A stretch of 64,000 nucleotides of DNA from Dehalococcoidia bacterium (GCA_050011565.1 JBEKIW010000002.1:384001-448000), one strand, 5' to 3'; shown: positions 49,052 through 59,598, counted from the first letter of the stretch. The notes: generated by a model not told the origin, from the letters alone. Translations and numbers: made by a program.

Positions 49052-49753
49052 CTACCAAATAAAGGGAATAAGCCTGTATTTTACTTTCTTTCTGTAATCG
49101 GCGTATCTCTCTAATTCTTTGACTAACATCCTTTCTTCTCCGATTATCCTTGCTACCACAAGAAAGGAAATCAGTACACCGCTTACAACGCCATATATAG
49201 AACCGAGTAATAATGGTGTTCCGATGAACAGCAATATACCTCCAAGATACATGGGATGCCTTACAAATCCATAAACTCCTGTGGAGACTACCTGTTGCTT
49301 TCGCTCCGCCTGTATCCTGACTAAAGGCGATGCGAAGGTATTTTCGGCATACGACCGATAAAAGAGAAAGGAAGATAGCAATAATCCAATTCCTCCGATA
49401 ATTTTTAACCACAATGGAAAGTTAGCACTCCATCCATACCTTTTTGCATCAAGCGGCATTATGACAATCCAGAGTATAAATCCCAGGACTAGCCCATATA
49501 CAACATATTTATCCCATCCTCTTTGATTGGCAGTTCCCGGTTGTTTATACCTTTCGGCAAGCAATGCAGGGTCATTACGATACAAGTAGATAATGACCGT
49601 TGCACACAATGCAATAAACCAGATATTAAAAATCCAGCCTTCAATCCAGAGCCAATCTCCCGAGAGAAAAAGAATTAATGTTGGGAATATCAGAATGTAA
49701 ATCGCTGTAAGTATCATCCTGCCTGCCGTCAATTTGTTCTTTTCAGTTGCCAT
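49052..49753 (-). CDS. isoprenylcysteine carboxyl methyltransferase/PEMT-family membrane protein
   Basis: EN.FAS..VRIQ, TGVY..VRHPMY.G, EER.L..EL..Y.DY. Confidence 0.88.
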   Translation of the reverse strand: MATEKNKLTAGRMILTAIYILIFPTLILFLSGDWLWIEGWIFNIWFIALCATVIIYLYRNDPALLAERYKQPGTANQRGWDKYVVYGLVLGFILWIVIMPLDAKRYGWSANFPLWLKIIGGIGLLLSSFLFYRSYAENTFASPLVRIQAERKQQVVSTGVYGFVRHPMYLGGILLFIGTPLLLGSIYGVVSGVLISFLVVARIIGEERMLVKELERYADYRKKVKYRLIPFIW

Positions 49754-49864
49754 TATGAAATCCTGCTATTTACTGGAGTGTCACGTCGGAGTGAACTTTT
49801 TTAAGCCTACCCAATTAGTTTGACTGCGCTGGACTGATTTTCGGGGGGCAGGTCATTGAGGTAT

Positions 49865-52276
49865 TTATTTTAACAGTTGTTTTTCTATCTCTATCACCTT
49901 GAGAGTATTTGCCATGACCGAGTCGGGATTGAGAGATATTGAATTTATTCCTTCCTTCACCAGAAATTCGGCAAACTCAGGATAATCGCTCGGCGCCTGA
50001 CCGCACAGCCCAATATGACGCTTGTTTTTTCTGGCTCCTCGAATAGCCATGGAAATCATCTTCATTACTCCGGGGTCCCGCTCGTCAAAATCATGGGCCA
50101 ACAGTGCTGAGTCACGGTCAACCCCTAAAACGAGTTGAGTCAGGTCGTTGGAGCCGATGGAAAATCCATCAAATAGATTGCTGAATTCATCAACCAGGAT
50201 GACATTATTTGGAATTTCGCACATAACATAGACCTGAAGTCCGTTTTTTCCACGCTTCAAGCCATTTTTTGCCATCTCCGCCAGAACTTTTTCAGCCTCA
50301 TCCACCCGCCGGCAAAAGGGTATCATAATGATAAGATTGGTCAGTCCCATCTCCTCTCGAACCCGTTTCATAGCCTTGCATTCCAGTGCAAAGCCTTCCC
50401 TGTATCGTTCATCATAGTAACGAGAGGCACCACGAAAACCCAGCATGGGATTCTCTTCCACCGGTTCGAAGTAGTGTCCCCCTACCAGATGGGCGTATTC
50501 ATTAGTTTTGAAGTCGCTCATGCGTACGATAACAGGTTTGGGATAGAAGGCGGCTGCGATAGTCCCGACACCCTGAGCCAGTTTTTCCACAAAATATTCC
50601 TGTTTATCTTCATAGCCGAAAGTAAGGTCGTCTAATTGTTTCCGTTCTGCCTCATCAGTTATCTTTTCCGGATGGACGAGAGCCATAGGATGAACCTTTA
50701 TGTAACTGTTGATAATAAACTCCATACGTGCCAGACCCACACCGTTATTGGGTATCTTGGAGAGGGAAAAGGCTTCTTCGGGATTGCCAAGGTTCATCAT
50801 AATCTTTGTTTTTGGTCGCTGGAGGTCCTTGAGGCTGAGCCTTTCAACATGAAACGGCAGAATTCCCTCATATACTGTACCCGCATCGCCCTCCGAGCAA
50901 CTCACCGTAACTTTCTGTCCGGTATGGATTTTTTCCGTAGCATCGCCGGCGCCGACCACCGCCGGGATACCAAGCTCGCGGCTGACAATGGCTGCATGGC
51001 AGGTCCTACCGCCCCGGTTGGTTACAATAGCAGCAGCAGTTTTCATTACAGGTTCCCAGTCAGGGTTGGTACTGTCTGACACGAGTATCTCTCCAGGTTT
51101 AAACGAAGAAAGATAAGCTACATCGGAGATTATATGGCTTTTGCCACTGGCAATCTTTTCACCCACACGTTTTCCTATGGCCAGTATTGAGCCTTTCTTA
51201 TCCAGGCGATATGTTTCCAGGACATCCATGGCTTTCTGTGACTCAACCGTTTCCGGTCGGGCCTGAACTATGAACAGGTCGCCGCTTATCCCGTCTTTTG
51301 CCCATTCGATATCCATTGGTCGGGACTCTCCAGTTTTTCCTGAATAGTGGTCTTCTATCTTAAGCGCAGAGCTGGCCAGGGTCATGATATCATCGTCTGT
51401 AATACAAAACCGTCTGCGGTCGGCATCCGGCACTGCCACGTTTCGCGTTAGAATTTTTGAGTCACTTATACCGTAAATCATTTTAATGGACTTATCCCCA
51501 AGATATTTTCCGATTATGGCCTTGCAGCCTTTTCTCAATGTCGGCTTGAATACATAGTACTCATCGGGGTTAACAGCTCCCTGGACAATGTTTTCTCCGA
51601 GCCCGTAGGCTGCCGTGATAAAAACGACGTCACTGAAGCCCGTCTCCGTATCAATAGTAAAAATCACGCCGCTGGTGGCCAGGTCAGAGCGTATCATCTT
51701 CATAATACCTATGGAAAGGGCTACCTCGAAATGGTCGAAGTTATTATCAATACGATAGGATATTGCCCGGTTGGTAAAGAGCGATGCCAGGCACTTGCTG
51801 CAGGACTCCCTCAGTGCGGGATATCCGCGTATATTTAAATAAGTCTCCTGCTGGCCGGCAAATGAGGCGGTGGGGAGGTCTTCTGCCGTGGCTGAACTGC
51901 GCACCGCAACGTCTGTGTCCGGGCCGTATTCCTGGCAGAGCCTGTCATAGGCAGTCGTTATTTCAGCCCAGAGGTCATCGGGGATACCAGCACTCAAAAT
52001 TAAATCGCGTGCTCTTTTCCCTCGTTTGACAAGGTCGTCCAGGTTAGTTTTATCCAGACCCGTCATGGCATCCTTGAGTTCGTCAAGAATTCCGGCTGAT
52101 TGTATTACGTACCAGTATGCATCGGCAGTTATGGCAAACCCGTTTGGAATTTTGAGTCCCTGGCTGGTAAGTTCACGGTACATCTCTCCTAGCGAGGCAT
52201 TCTTACCGCCAACAATGGGAATATCTTCAATCTTGATCTCTTTGAACCAGCGGATATATTTAGCATCTGGCTTCAT
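49865..52276 (-). CDS. ppsA: phosphoenolpyruvate synthase
   Basis: GGKNASLGEM, VRSSATAED, GGRTCHAAIV, NPMLGFRG, SIGSNDLTQ. Confidence 0.97.
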   Translation of the reverse strand: MKPDAKYIRWFKEIKIEDIPIVGGKNASLGEMYRELTSQGLKIPNGFAITADAYWYVIQSAGILDELKDAMTGLDKTNLDDLVKRGKRARDLILSAGIPDDLWAEITTAYDRLCQEYGPDTDVAVRSSATAEDLPTASFAGQQETYLNIRGYPALRESCSKCLASLFTNRAISYRIDNNFDHFEVALSIGIMKMIRSDLATSGVIFTIDTETGFSDVVFITAAYGLGENIVQGAVNPDEYYVFKPTLRKGCKAIIGKYLGDKSIKMIYGISDSKILTRNVAVPDADRRRFCITDDDIMTLASSALKIEDHYSGKTGESRPMDIEWAKDGISGDLFIVQARPETVESQKAMDVLETYRLDKKGSILAIGKRVGEKIASGKSHIISDVAYLSSFKPGEILVSDSTNPDWEPVMKTAAAIVTNRGGRTCHAAIVSRELGIPAVVGAGDATEKIHTGQKVTVSCSEGDAGTVYEGILPFHVERLSLKDLQRPKTKIMMNLGNPEEAFSLSKIPNNGVGLARMEFIINSYIKVHPMALVHPEKITDEAERKQLDDLTFGYEDKQEYFVEKLAQGVGTIAAAFYPKPVIVRMSDFKTNEYAHLVGGHYFEPVEENPMLGFRGASRYYDERYREGFALECKAMKRVREEMGLTNLIIMIPFCRRVDEAEKVLAEMAKNGLKRGKNGLQVYVMCEIPNNVILVDEFSNLFDGFSIGSNDLTQLVLGVDRDSALLAHDFDERDPGVMKMISMAIRGARKNKRHIGLCGQAPSDYPEFAEFLVKEGINSISLNPDSVMANTLKVIEIEKQLLK

Positions 52277-52485
52277 GGCATTTTCCTCCTCCTTAAATAA
52301 CGGTAACCGCTTAAATATCCACGTCTTCTTGCACTCTGTCTTTTCGCTAAATCATATCACTCCGTTTACTCCACGTAAATACTGCTTGCCATAGCCTGAT
52401 GGCTGAATGACGTACCCCCGTTTTGCTCCTAAGGTTTATTCCATAGCTAGACAGATTCATTACAACACCTATATAATGCATTCTA

Positions 52486-53214
52486 ATGACTCCAACGTTA
52501 TTAGTACTGGCTTTCATAACATTCATATCTACCGCAGCGGGTGGACTGGTAGCAGTGAGATTCAGACGGATTCTGCAGTACTTTTTTGCATTCTCGTCAG
52601 GGGCCTTGATTGCCATTACTTTCTTTGACGTGTTGCCCGAAAGCCTGTCAATTGCCGAATCTGTAAACCTGCCTACACGATATCTGTGGATCACGCTGGT
52701 AGCCACTTTTATATTTTTTAGTTTCCTGCAGAGATTCTTTTTGACCCATCACCACCATGAAGATGAAGAGCATGGCCATATAATGGGACCTATTGGAGCC
52801 GCCGGCCTGATCATACATAGTTTTCTTGATGGGGCTGCCATAGGCATAGCTTTTCACGTCAGTTCATCTATGGGCATCATTGTAGCCTTGGCGGTGATAT
52901 CCCACGACTTCACGGATGGAATCAATACTGTTGTAATAATGCTAAAGAATCAACAAAACGTCAGGAACGCCAGGATATTCCTGTTAATCGATGCTGCAGC
53001 CCCCGTGTTCGGGATCTTAGCCACATCGTTCTTTATGATAAATGAAACGGTTCTGTCACTGATATTAGCCGCATTCGCCGGCGAGTTTCTATATTTAGGA
53101 GCGGCAAATCTTTTGCCGGAAACCTATCTGCATAATGTCTGGAAAATGGGCGCGGCGATGATATTCGGCGTTGTCTTAATATTCGTGCTGACTACTATAA
53201 TTTTAAGTTTATAA
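52486..53214 (+). CDS. ZIP-family divalent metal transporter
   Basis: HHHH loop, HSFLDG, HDFTDG, LLPE; TATAAT 8 nt before ATG. Confidence 0.9.
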   Translation: MTPTLLVLAFITFISTAAGGLVAVRFRRILQYFFAFSSGALIAITFFDVLPESLSIAESVNLPTRYLWITLVATFIFFSFLQRFFLTHHHHEDEEHGHIMGPIGAAGLIIHSFLDGAAIGIAFHVSSSMGIIVALAVISHDFTDGINTVVIMLKNQQNVRNARIFLLIDAAAPVFGILATSFFMINETVLSLILAAFAGEFLYLGAANLLPETYLHNVWKMGAAMIFGVVLIFVLTTIILSL

Positions 53215-53239
53215 ATCAAAAAGAAGTGGATAACAGGTC

Positions 53240-54268
53240 ATGGTGAAAAAACTGTTGGTTGTAATTGGAATTACGGCTTTCTTTCTGTCCGGTTGTCTTT
53301 CGGGGTCTACCGGAGTGCCACAGGGAGCACCATCAGGGCAAGCACCAGGCGGCGGCACGACTCCACCGGTGGCTACAGCAGACCAGTGGAGCGGCTGGGC
53401 ACAGGTACCCGGTGGAGCCACAACTGATGTCGCTTTAGCCGCAGCTGCCTTCAATAATAAACTTTATGTCTTCGCCAAGGGCATCGACGACAAGCGTATC
53501 TACTTCGACACATATGACACTTCAGACAACTGGAGCGGCTGGACAGAAGTGCCGGGAGGTGCCATCACTGATGTTGCTTTAGCCCCGGTTGTCTTCAACA
53601 ATAAACTTTATGTCTTCGCCAAGGGCATCGACGACAAGCGTATCTATCTCAGCACATATGACGGCTCCAACTGGAGCGGTTGGGGGCAAGTGCCAGGTGG
53701 CGGCACAACTGACGTGGCATTAGCCCCGGTTGTTTTCAATAACAAACTCTATGTATTCGCCAAGGGAATCAACGACAAGCGTATCTACCTCGATACATAT
53801 GACGCCTCCAACTGGAGCGGTTGGGCACAATTACCGGGTGGCGGCACCACTGATGTCGCTTTAGCCCCGGTTGTCTTCAATAACAAACTCTATATATTCG
53901 CCAAGGGAATCAACGACAAGCGTATCTACTTCGACACATATGACACGACAGGCAACTGGAGCGGCTGGGGAGCAATCCCGGGTAACTCCATGACTGATGT
54001 CGCTATAGCCACAGCTGCCTTCAATAACAAACTCTTTCTCTTCAGTAAGGGTATCAACTACAAACGCATGTATGTCAACATATTTGACAGCACGGACAGC
54101 TGGAACAGCTGGAGCGCCCGGACCCACTGGGCGGAAGTGAGGAGTGGAGGCACAACTGACGTGGCGTTAGCTGCAGCCGCCTTCAACAACCAGCTCTATC
54201 TCTTCGGCAAGGGTATTAACAACAACAACCTTATCTACGTTAACACGTTTGGCCCCGCGGGTAACTAG
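53240..54268 (+). CDS. lipoprotein with six ~46-aa repeats (probable lectin-like beta-propeller)
   Basis: Lipobox FLSG-C, P/G/T-rich linker, six WSGW..(V/L/I)PG...TDVA.A...FNN.LY.F.KGI repeats (the last more diverged). Confidence 0.8.
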   Translation: MVKKLLVVIGITAFFLSGCLSGSTGVPQGAPSGQAPGGGTTPPVATADQWSGWAQVPGGATTDVALAAAAFNNKLYVFAKGIDDKRIYFDTYDTSDNWSGWTEVPGGAITDVALAPVVFNNKLYVFAKGIDDKRIYLSTYDGSNWSGWGQVPGGGTTDVALAPVVFNNKLYVFAKGINDKRIYLDTYDASNWSGWAQLPGGGTTDVALAPVVFNNKLYIFAKGINDKRIYFDTYDTTGNWSGWGAIPGNSMTDVAIATAAFNNKLFLFSKGINYKRMYVNIFDSTDSWNSWSARTHWAEVRSGGTTDVALAAAAFNNQLYLFGKGINNNNLIYVNTFGPAGN

Positions 54269-54362
54269 AGAGTTTCAGTATCGCTTTGGCGTGGGATTGC
54301 ACCACTTGGCGGTTTGTGTCCTTAAGTGTCACTAGAAGCGCACGAGCATCAGGATTTCTTAT

Positions 54363-54908
54363 TCACGACTGAGAAAATTGACGTTCCTTCAACTTCTCAA
54401 CAATGTTGTCTTCTCTGACCAGTGCATTGCCTATGCCATATTTTTTAAGAAGCCTCAGCGGCACGCAGCAGCATGAGCAGCAGTTACATATCGCATAGAA
54501 GTCATGCTGCCATTTGACGATGGTGTGTATGAGGCCATTTTGGTGGCACTGCTTTAAGATATCCTTAGCCTCCTGCTTTGTTATCTCTCGATAGTCGTGA
54601 GGTCTTCCTTCCATGAATATGTTTCGGCTAAGTCCGACAATTATTTCCGCGTTTAGCGGATTGTCGCAATTTTTGAACACAGCCCGACAAGTGCATGGGC
54701 CCAAAGCCAACCCATCTGAACTGTCCACAATTTCATTAGCCTCACGTAGGTTGAGCAGATAGGCTGAACTGACGTTTTTGCCGTATGAATTGGCTACCTT
54801 TCTGACCAGGCTCCCTATCACAGGTATTCTAGTCCACTTTGCCTGGAAGATGTAGTATCTAAGCGCCAACTCACGATACCTACTGTATAGCTTCAGCGAA
54901 TGGTGCAT
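54363..54908 (-). CDS. Cys-rich Fe-S (ferredoxin-like) protein
   Basis: CTCR....NC, GLIHT, AICNCCSCCC. Confidence 0.75.
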   Translation of the reverse strand: MHHSLKLYSRYRELALRYYIFQAKWTRIPVIGSLVRKVANSYGKNVSSAYLLNLREANEIVDSSDGLALGPCTCRAVFKNCDNPLNAEIIVGLSRNIFMEGRPHDYREITKQEAKDILKQCHQNGLIHTIVKWQHDFYAICNCCSCCCVPLRLLKKYGIGNALVREDNIVEKLKERQFSQS

Positions 54909-55136
54909 AGGAACCTTTCAAACATCCTATTATACAACATCCTATTCAAGCATAACTTACCCTCTGTAACAATAGGGCGAAATGTGCAGGGAATGGTGTA
55001 GCTCTGCCACGGGGACTGTTGAAATTCTCACGGGCAAACTTATTAAGGTAAGATTCCTCCACATGTTTGTTTACCGCCACTGCCTTTGAGATAATTACCT
55101 GCTGAAGATGATACATACTTTTATGAGCAGACAATT

Positions 55137-56180
55137 TTGAAAACACTATTGGGATTGAATACAGACGAACTGTGTGCTCTGGTACAAGAGCATGGCGAAC
55201 CGGCGTACCGCGGCAACCAACTGGCAGAGTGGATTTATCAGCACGGGGTGCGCACGTTTGAGGAGATGTCCAGCCTGCCCGATAAACTGCGCGCACATTT
55301 GAAAAAGGAATACGAGGTTGGCCGCTCTCGAACCGTCGCTATCCAGCACAGCCGGGACGGGACGATAAAGTTGTTGCTGGCATTGCCTGACGGCTCGACA
55401 GTGGAGACTGTGGGCCTGCCATACGCAGACCGTTTCAGCTGCTGCCTGTCTACGCAAGTAGGCTGCCCGGTGGGCTGCGTTTTTTGTGCCACGGGGCTGG
55501 GTGGCTATACACGTAACCTTACAGCGGGAGAAATTGTGGACCAGGTGCTGGCAGTGCAGGAAGCGGCGCGAAATCAACAATTACAAACTGATGGCCGGAC
55601 TCGCCGCATTGACCATGTTGTCTTCATGGGCATGGGAGAGCCGCTGCTTAACTATGAAGCGACTGTAAGAGCGATGCGGCTGCTGAACAGCGAGTTGGGT
55701 ATTGCCATGAGGCATCTGACAGTGAGCACAGTCGGTTTTGTTCCCGGCATCCGTAAGTTAGCGCAGGAGAAGATGCAAGTTACCCTGGCAGTCTCCCTCC
55801 ACGCTCCAACCGATGACCTTCGCCGGCAACTCATTCCCGGGATGACCGGGTGGAGTCTTGCTGAAATCATAGACGCCTGCAAGGAATACTTGCAGCAGAC
55901 GGGACGCCGGGTAACATTCGAGTATTGCTTGATTGATGGAGTCAATGACGGGATTGCAGAAGCGCACGAACTGGCGAGGCTGCTGCATGGAATGAACTGC
56001 CACGTGAATTTGATTCCGTATAACCCGGTCTCCGGGCTCACTTTCCATGGGCAACCGCGGAAACGCATCCGGGCTTTCCGCGAAATCCTGGAAGGTGCAG
56101 GCATCCGCGTTACGCAGCGGGTTCAGCGCGGTTCAGACATTGATGCTGCCTGCGGGCAGCTGCAGCAGCGGACAACATGA
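55137..56180 (+). CDS. rlmN: 23S rRNA A2503 C2-methyltransferase (radical SAM)
   Basis: STQVGC.VGC.FCATG, VFMGMGEP, SLHAP, NLIPYN, DIDAACGQL. Confidence 0.96.
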   Translation: MKTLLGLNTDELCALVQEHGEPAYRGNQLAEWIYQHGVRTFEEMSSLPDKLRAHLKKEYEVGRSRTVAIQHSRDGTIKLLLALPDGSTVETVGLPYADRFSCCLSTQVGCPVGCVFCATGLGGYTRNLTAGEIVDQVLAVQEAARNQQLQTDGRTRRIDHVVFMGMGEPLLNYEATVRAMRLLNSELGIAMRHLTVSTVGFVPGIRKLAQEKMQVTLAVSLHAPTDDLRRQLIPGMTGWSLAEIIDACKEYLQQTGRRVTFEYCLIDGVNDGIAEAHELARLLHGMNCHVNLIPYNPVSGLTFHGQPRKRIRAFREILEGAGIRVTQRVQRGSDIDAACGQLQQRTT

Positions 56181-56191
56181 GCAGTACCGCC

Positions 56192-56452
56192 TCAATTACG
56201 TCCATATTTCACCTTGGCATACAGCATTAAGCACATAAGAGCCAATGATATTGAATTCCACAGGATCACCGGAAACAAGCTCAAGGAAACGCCGTATGCC
56301 AGCCAGCAGGCAGAGCCCAGTAGAAAAAGCAGGGTGAAAGAGAGGCTTATCTCACGAGCACTCTTGAGCGCAAACAGACGCCACACCTGTGGAATGATCC
56401 CCAGAGTTATTGATAACCCGCCTCCAAATCCCAGAAGTTCTTGCCAGGTCAA
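56192..56452 (-). CDS. SemiSWEET/PQ-loop transporter
   Basis: IPQV.R....KSAREIS, W..YG, PVILWN; TTG start after AGGAGG. Confidence 0.88.
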   Translation of the reverse strand: MTWQELLGFGGGLSITLGIIPQVWRLFALKSAREISLSFTLLFLLGSACWLAYGVSLSLFPVILWNSISLALMCLMLYAKVKYGRN

Positions 56453-56646
56453 AGTACACCTCCTGCCTAAATTATATCTGCTTTACTGCCAGGTTAGAAG
56501 CTCATATATTCAGCTACTATTGAAAAGAATGTGGGCCTGTCGGCAGCCCTTGACATAGTAAGCCGAGGCATGTAGACTGCTGGGAATTCCCCCTCCCTCT
56601 AACTCCCTCCCGCCAGGGGAGGGAGAATGGGTTTACGGGCAAATAA

Positions 56647-57156
56647 ATGGGAATTAGTCGGAAAATTTACTGGCTACCTCTGCTGGTGGTGGGACTGACG
56701 GCAATTCTATCGCCCTGTTCCATACTGGCCCAAGCGGGGGATACAGGCCTGATTTTGAGAATTGCCTCCGATAACTACTACGCTAGCTTAACTGCGGGGC
56801 AGGAAAAAACCATATTTCTGGAGATCCAGAATAACAGTAAGACAGAGCTGACAAATATCAGGCTTTCGGCAGATTCGCCGAAAGCCTGGACAGTCGAGTT
56901 CAATCCGGGGTTTATAGATAAGCTGGAGCCGGGCGGTTTTCAAACGGTCGACGTCATATTGAGGCCGGCCAAGGATGCCACCAAGGGAGGATATAACGTC
57001 ACACTGATTGCCGACTCCAACGAAACGCGCCGAGTGCTGGCATACTTTGTGAATGTAGAATCGGCATCATTGTTATGGGTGTGGATAGGAATCGGGCTGG
57101 GTGTTCTGGTCATTGGCGGATTTGCTTTTATCTTTATACGCTTCGGCAGGCAATAA
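56647..57156 (+). CDS. NEW3-like Ig-fold surface protein with C-terminal TM anchor
   Basis: Signal peptide, N.S..ELTNI.L....P..W.V.F.P, C-terminal WIG.G......F..FGR. Confidence 0.75.
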   Translation: MGISRKIYWLPLLVVGLTAILSPCSILAQAGDTGLILRIASDNYYASLTAGQEKTIFLEIQNNSKTELTNIRLSADSPKAWTVEFNPGFIDKLEPGGFQTVDVILRPAKDATKGGYNVTLIADSNETRRVLAYFVNVESASLLWVWIGIGLGVLVIGGFAFIFIRFGRQ

Positions 57157-57201
57157 GCCGGCGTCATAATCAAAGACAATAATCGTCTAAAGGGAGGAAA
57201 T

Positions 57202-57603
57202 ATGATTGAGCGGGTACATGAGCATATTATCAGCGAACTTGGCGCCAATACACGTACCGATACCATTTTTGTTCTCACTGCAATTATCCTGAACCTTATA
57301 ACCCTGGGCATAAATTCCGGGATTGCCTCTTCAGAGGCAACCGCGACCAACACGATTGTGATGTTTACCTTCGTGGCACTCATAATAGTAATTAACTTTG
57401 TGGCAGAAATTGGATTGATTAGAGGCAGGCTGATGAGGAAGAAGCTGCTGACCGGTCTGCTGAAGATGTATAAAGACCAGGGCGTGGAGGGTTACTATGA
57501 CCCGTCCCTGTTGAGCGATTACAGGACCAGGTACAACCTTTTCATGCTTACCGTCCTGTTTACAGGCCTGGTAGCCATTGTCATACCTTTTGTGATCAGG
57601 TAG
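57202..57603 (+). CDS. hypothetical membrane protein
   Basis: SD GGAGG; three hydrophobic segments. Confidence 0.75.
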   Translation: MIERVHEHIISELGANTRTDTIFVLTAIILNLITLGINSGIASSEATATNTIVMFTFVALIIVINFVAEIGLIRGRLMRKKLLTGLLKMYKDQGVEGYYDPSLLSDYRTRYNLFMLTVLFTGLVAIVIPFVIR

Positions 57604-57690
57604 ATTCTTCGACAAGCTCAGAATGACATGAAGCAAAGCTTAGAATGAGCGGAGATTCTTCGGTCGCTTCGCTCCCTCAGAATGACAAAG
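57602..57690. repeat. family E repeat units
   Basis: AGATTCTTCGACAAGCTCAGAATGAC and AGATTCTTCGGTCGCTTCGCTCCCTCAGAATGAC. Confidence 0.8.
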
Positions 57691-57722
57691 AGCGAAGTGC
57701 TCGCAGATATTAGAAAATAAAA

Positions 57723-58736
57723 ATGACAACAGTGGTTACCGGCGCCAGTGGGCATATCGGCGCTAATTTAATACGTGCACTGCTGGCTCGGGGCCGGAAA
57801 GTGCGGGCTTTGCACCACGTTAACCGCCGGGCCATCGAAAACCTGGACGTTGAGATAGTGCCGGGCGATGTCTGCGACCTATCCTCATTGCGCACAGCAT
57901 TCAAAGGCGCAGACGTGGTCTATCACCTGGCAGCCCGCATTTCGCTGTCCATGAACGACTACCCCGTGCTGGAGCCCATTAACGTCACCGGCACTAGGAA
58001 CGTGGTCCAGGCATGCCTCGATTGCGGAGTACGTCGCCTGGTGCACTTCAGCTCGATTCATGCCTTTATACAGGAGACTATAGGCAAGCCCATCGACGAA
58101 TCATGTCCGCTGGTGGAACCGCGGAATTGCCCGCCCTACGACCGTTCCAAGGCAGCCGGCGAAAAAGAAGTCCGCAGTGGAATAAAACGCGGACTGGATG
58201 CCGTCATAATCAGCCCGACGGCGGTCATCGGTCCTCATGACTATGAGCCATCGTTTTTGGGCGAAGCGCTGCTGAACCTGGCACGTGGGAAAATGCCGGC
58301 CCTGGTTGCCGGCGGGTTCGACTGGGTGGACGTGCGCGACGTCGTCCAGGGGGCGCTTAGAGCCGAAGAGCAAGCGCCGACCGGTGCCAAGTACCTGCTA
58401 TCGGGGCACTTTGCGTCTGTAAGCGACCTGGCGGTTATGGTAGAGGAGATAATCGGCACTCCGGCGCCGAAGCTGGTTATGCCCAGGTGGCTGGCTTTTG
58501 TCGGCGCACCGTTTTTGGCAGGCTTTGCCCAATTGACCGGGAAGCGGCCGTTGTATACCAGCGCTTCCGTTAGAGCGCTCCGCACCGGACAGGATGTTAG
58601 CCATGAAAAAGCGGCGAGTGAGCTGGGATATCAGCCTCGACCGCTGCGGCAAACAATCGTCGATACGTTCGAGTGGTTCCGGGAGAGCGGCTACCTCGAC
58701 CGCGCTGAGACGCCACAATCTACCGGGCAGTTATGA
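57723..58736 (+). CDS. extended SDR NAD-dependent epimerase/dehydrogenase (3-beta-HSD/HpnA-like)
   Basis: TGASGHIG, YHLAA, FSSIHA, YDRSK, VDVRDV. Confidence 0.88.
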   Translation: MTTVVTGASGHIGANLIRALLARGRKVRALHHVNRRAIENLDVEIVPGDVCDLSSLRTAFKGADVVYHLAARISLSMNDYPVLEPINVTGTRNVVQACLDCGVRRLVHFSSIHAFIQETIGKPIDESCPLVEPRNCPPYDRSKAAGEKEVRSGIKRGLDAVIISPTAVIGPHDYEPSFLGEALLNLARGKMPALVAGGFDWVDVRDVVQGALRAEEQAPTGAKYLLSGHFASVSDLAVMVEEIIGTPAPKLVMPRWLAFVGAPFLAGFAQLTGKRPLYTSASVRALRTGQDVSHEKAASELGYQPRPLRQTIVDTFEWFRESGYLDRAETPQSTGQL

Positions 58737-59494
58737 GCGAGCAATCGTTTTTCAATATTCTACTGGTTAGCTGGTTTGTGCTGGCAGCGGTCATCTTTGT
58801 GGCGCTGTTCTTCATCGTGGCGCCGTACGGCAGGCATACCCGTCGCCGATGGGGGCCGGCAATCGGTGATAAGCTGGGCTGGATTATTATGGAAGCGCCG
58901 TCGCCAATCCTTTTTGCCACGTTCTTTGCACTCGGTATTAAATCAATCTCCATAACGGCGGTTGCCTTCCTGCTCTTGTGGGAGGCACATTACATACACC
59001 GCGCTTTTATCTATCCTTTCAGTCGACGTGCCGGAGCCAGCGGCATGGCGGTGGCAGTGGTTAGTATGGGCTTTCTGTTCAATATCGGGAACGCTTATCT
59101 TAACGGCCGCTACCTTTTTACGCTGTCCGGCGGCTACGACAACGGCTGGCTGATGGCACCGCAGTTTATTATCGGTGCCGGACTTTTCATCGCCGGTTTT
59201 GTTATCAACCGCTGGGCAGACGACAGCCTGCGCAGTCTGCGTCAACCGGGTGAGAGCGGTTACAAAATACCCGATGGAGGATTGTACCGCTGGATATCCT
59301 GCCCCAATTATTTCGGTGAGATGCTCACCTGGATTGGTTGGGCGGTGGCTACCTGGTCGCTGCCGGGGCTGGCATTCGCTTTGTTTACTGTGGCCAACCT
59401 GGCGCCGCGGGCGAGAGCACATCATCTGTGGTATAAGAGGCAGTTCGCCGATTATCCCCCCCGGCGGAAAGCGCTCGTCCCCGCGATATGGTAG
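58733..59494 (+). CDS. 3-oxo-5-alpha-steroid 4-dehydrogenase (steroid 5-alpha-reductase family)
   Basis: APYGRH, GWIIMEAPS, HYIHRAFIYP, YKIP.GGLY.WISCPNYFGE..W, NLAPRARAHH.WY. Confidence 0.9.
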   Translation: MSEQSFFNILLVSWFVLAAVIFVALFFIVAPYGRHTRRRWGPAIGDKLGWIIMEAPSPILFATFFALGIKSISITAVAFLLLWEAHYIHRAFIYPFSRRAGASGMAVAVVSMGFLFNIGNAYLNGRYLFTLSGGYDNGWLMAPQFIIGAGLFIAGFVINRWADDSLRSLRQPGESGYKIPDGGLYRWISCPNYFGEMLTWIGWAVATWSLPGLAFALFTVANLAPRARAHHLWYKRQFADYPPRRKALVPAIW

Positions 59495-59521
59495 TTTGGG
59501 CGCTTCCACAGTAGAACTGCC

Positions 59522-59598
59522 AAAATCCCTCTCAATCTCCCTTTACGAAAGGGATAAGTTGTTTCCCCCTTTGAAAAAGGGGGATTAAGGGGGATTTA
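59522..59598. repeat. inverted doublet of family A palindromes
   Basis: AAATCCCTCTCAATCTCCCTTTACGAAAGGGA ... CCCCCTTTGAAAAAGGGGGATTAAGGGGGATTT. Confidence 0.82.

Noticed and set aside
53386-54250. CRISPR or non-coding tandem array
   Set aside because: The repeats are in-frame protein repeats within a lipoprotein ORF
55010-55065. c-di-GMP-I riboswitch (CACGGGCAAAC) or an IS end (GACTGTTGAAA)
   Set aside because: Lacks the GNRA loop and downstream GCAAA/P2 elements; no partner inverted repeat or transposase
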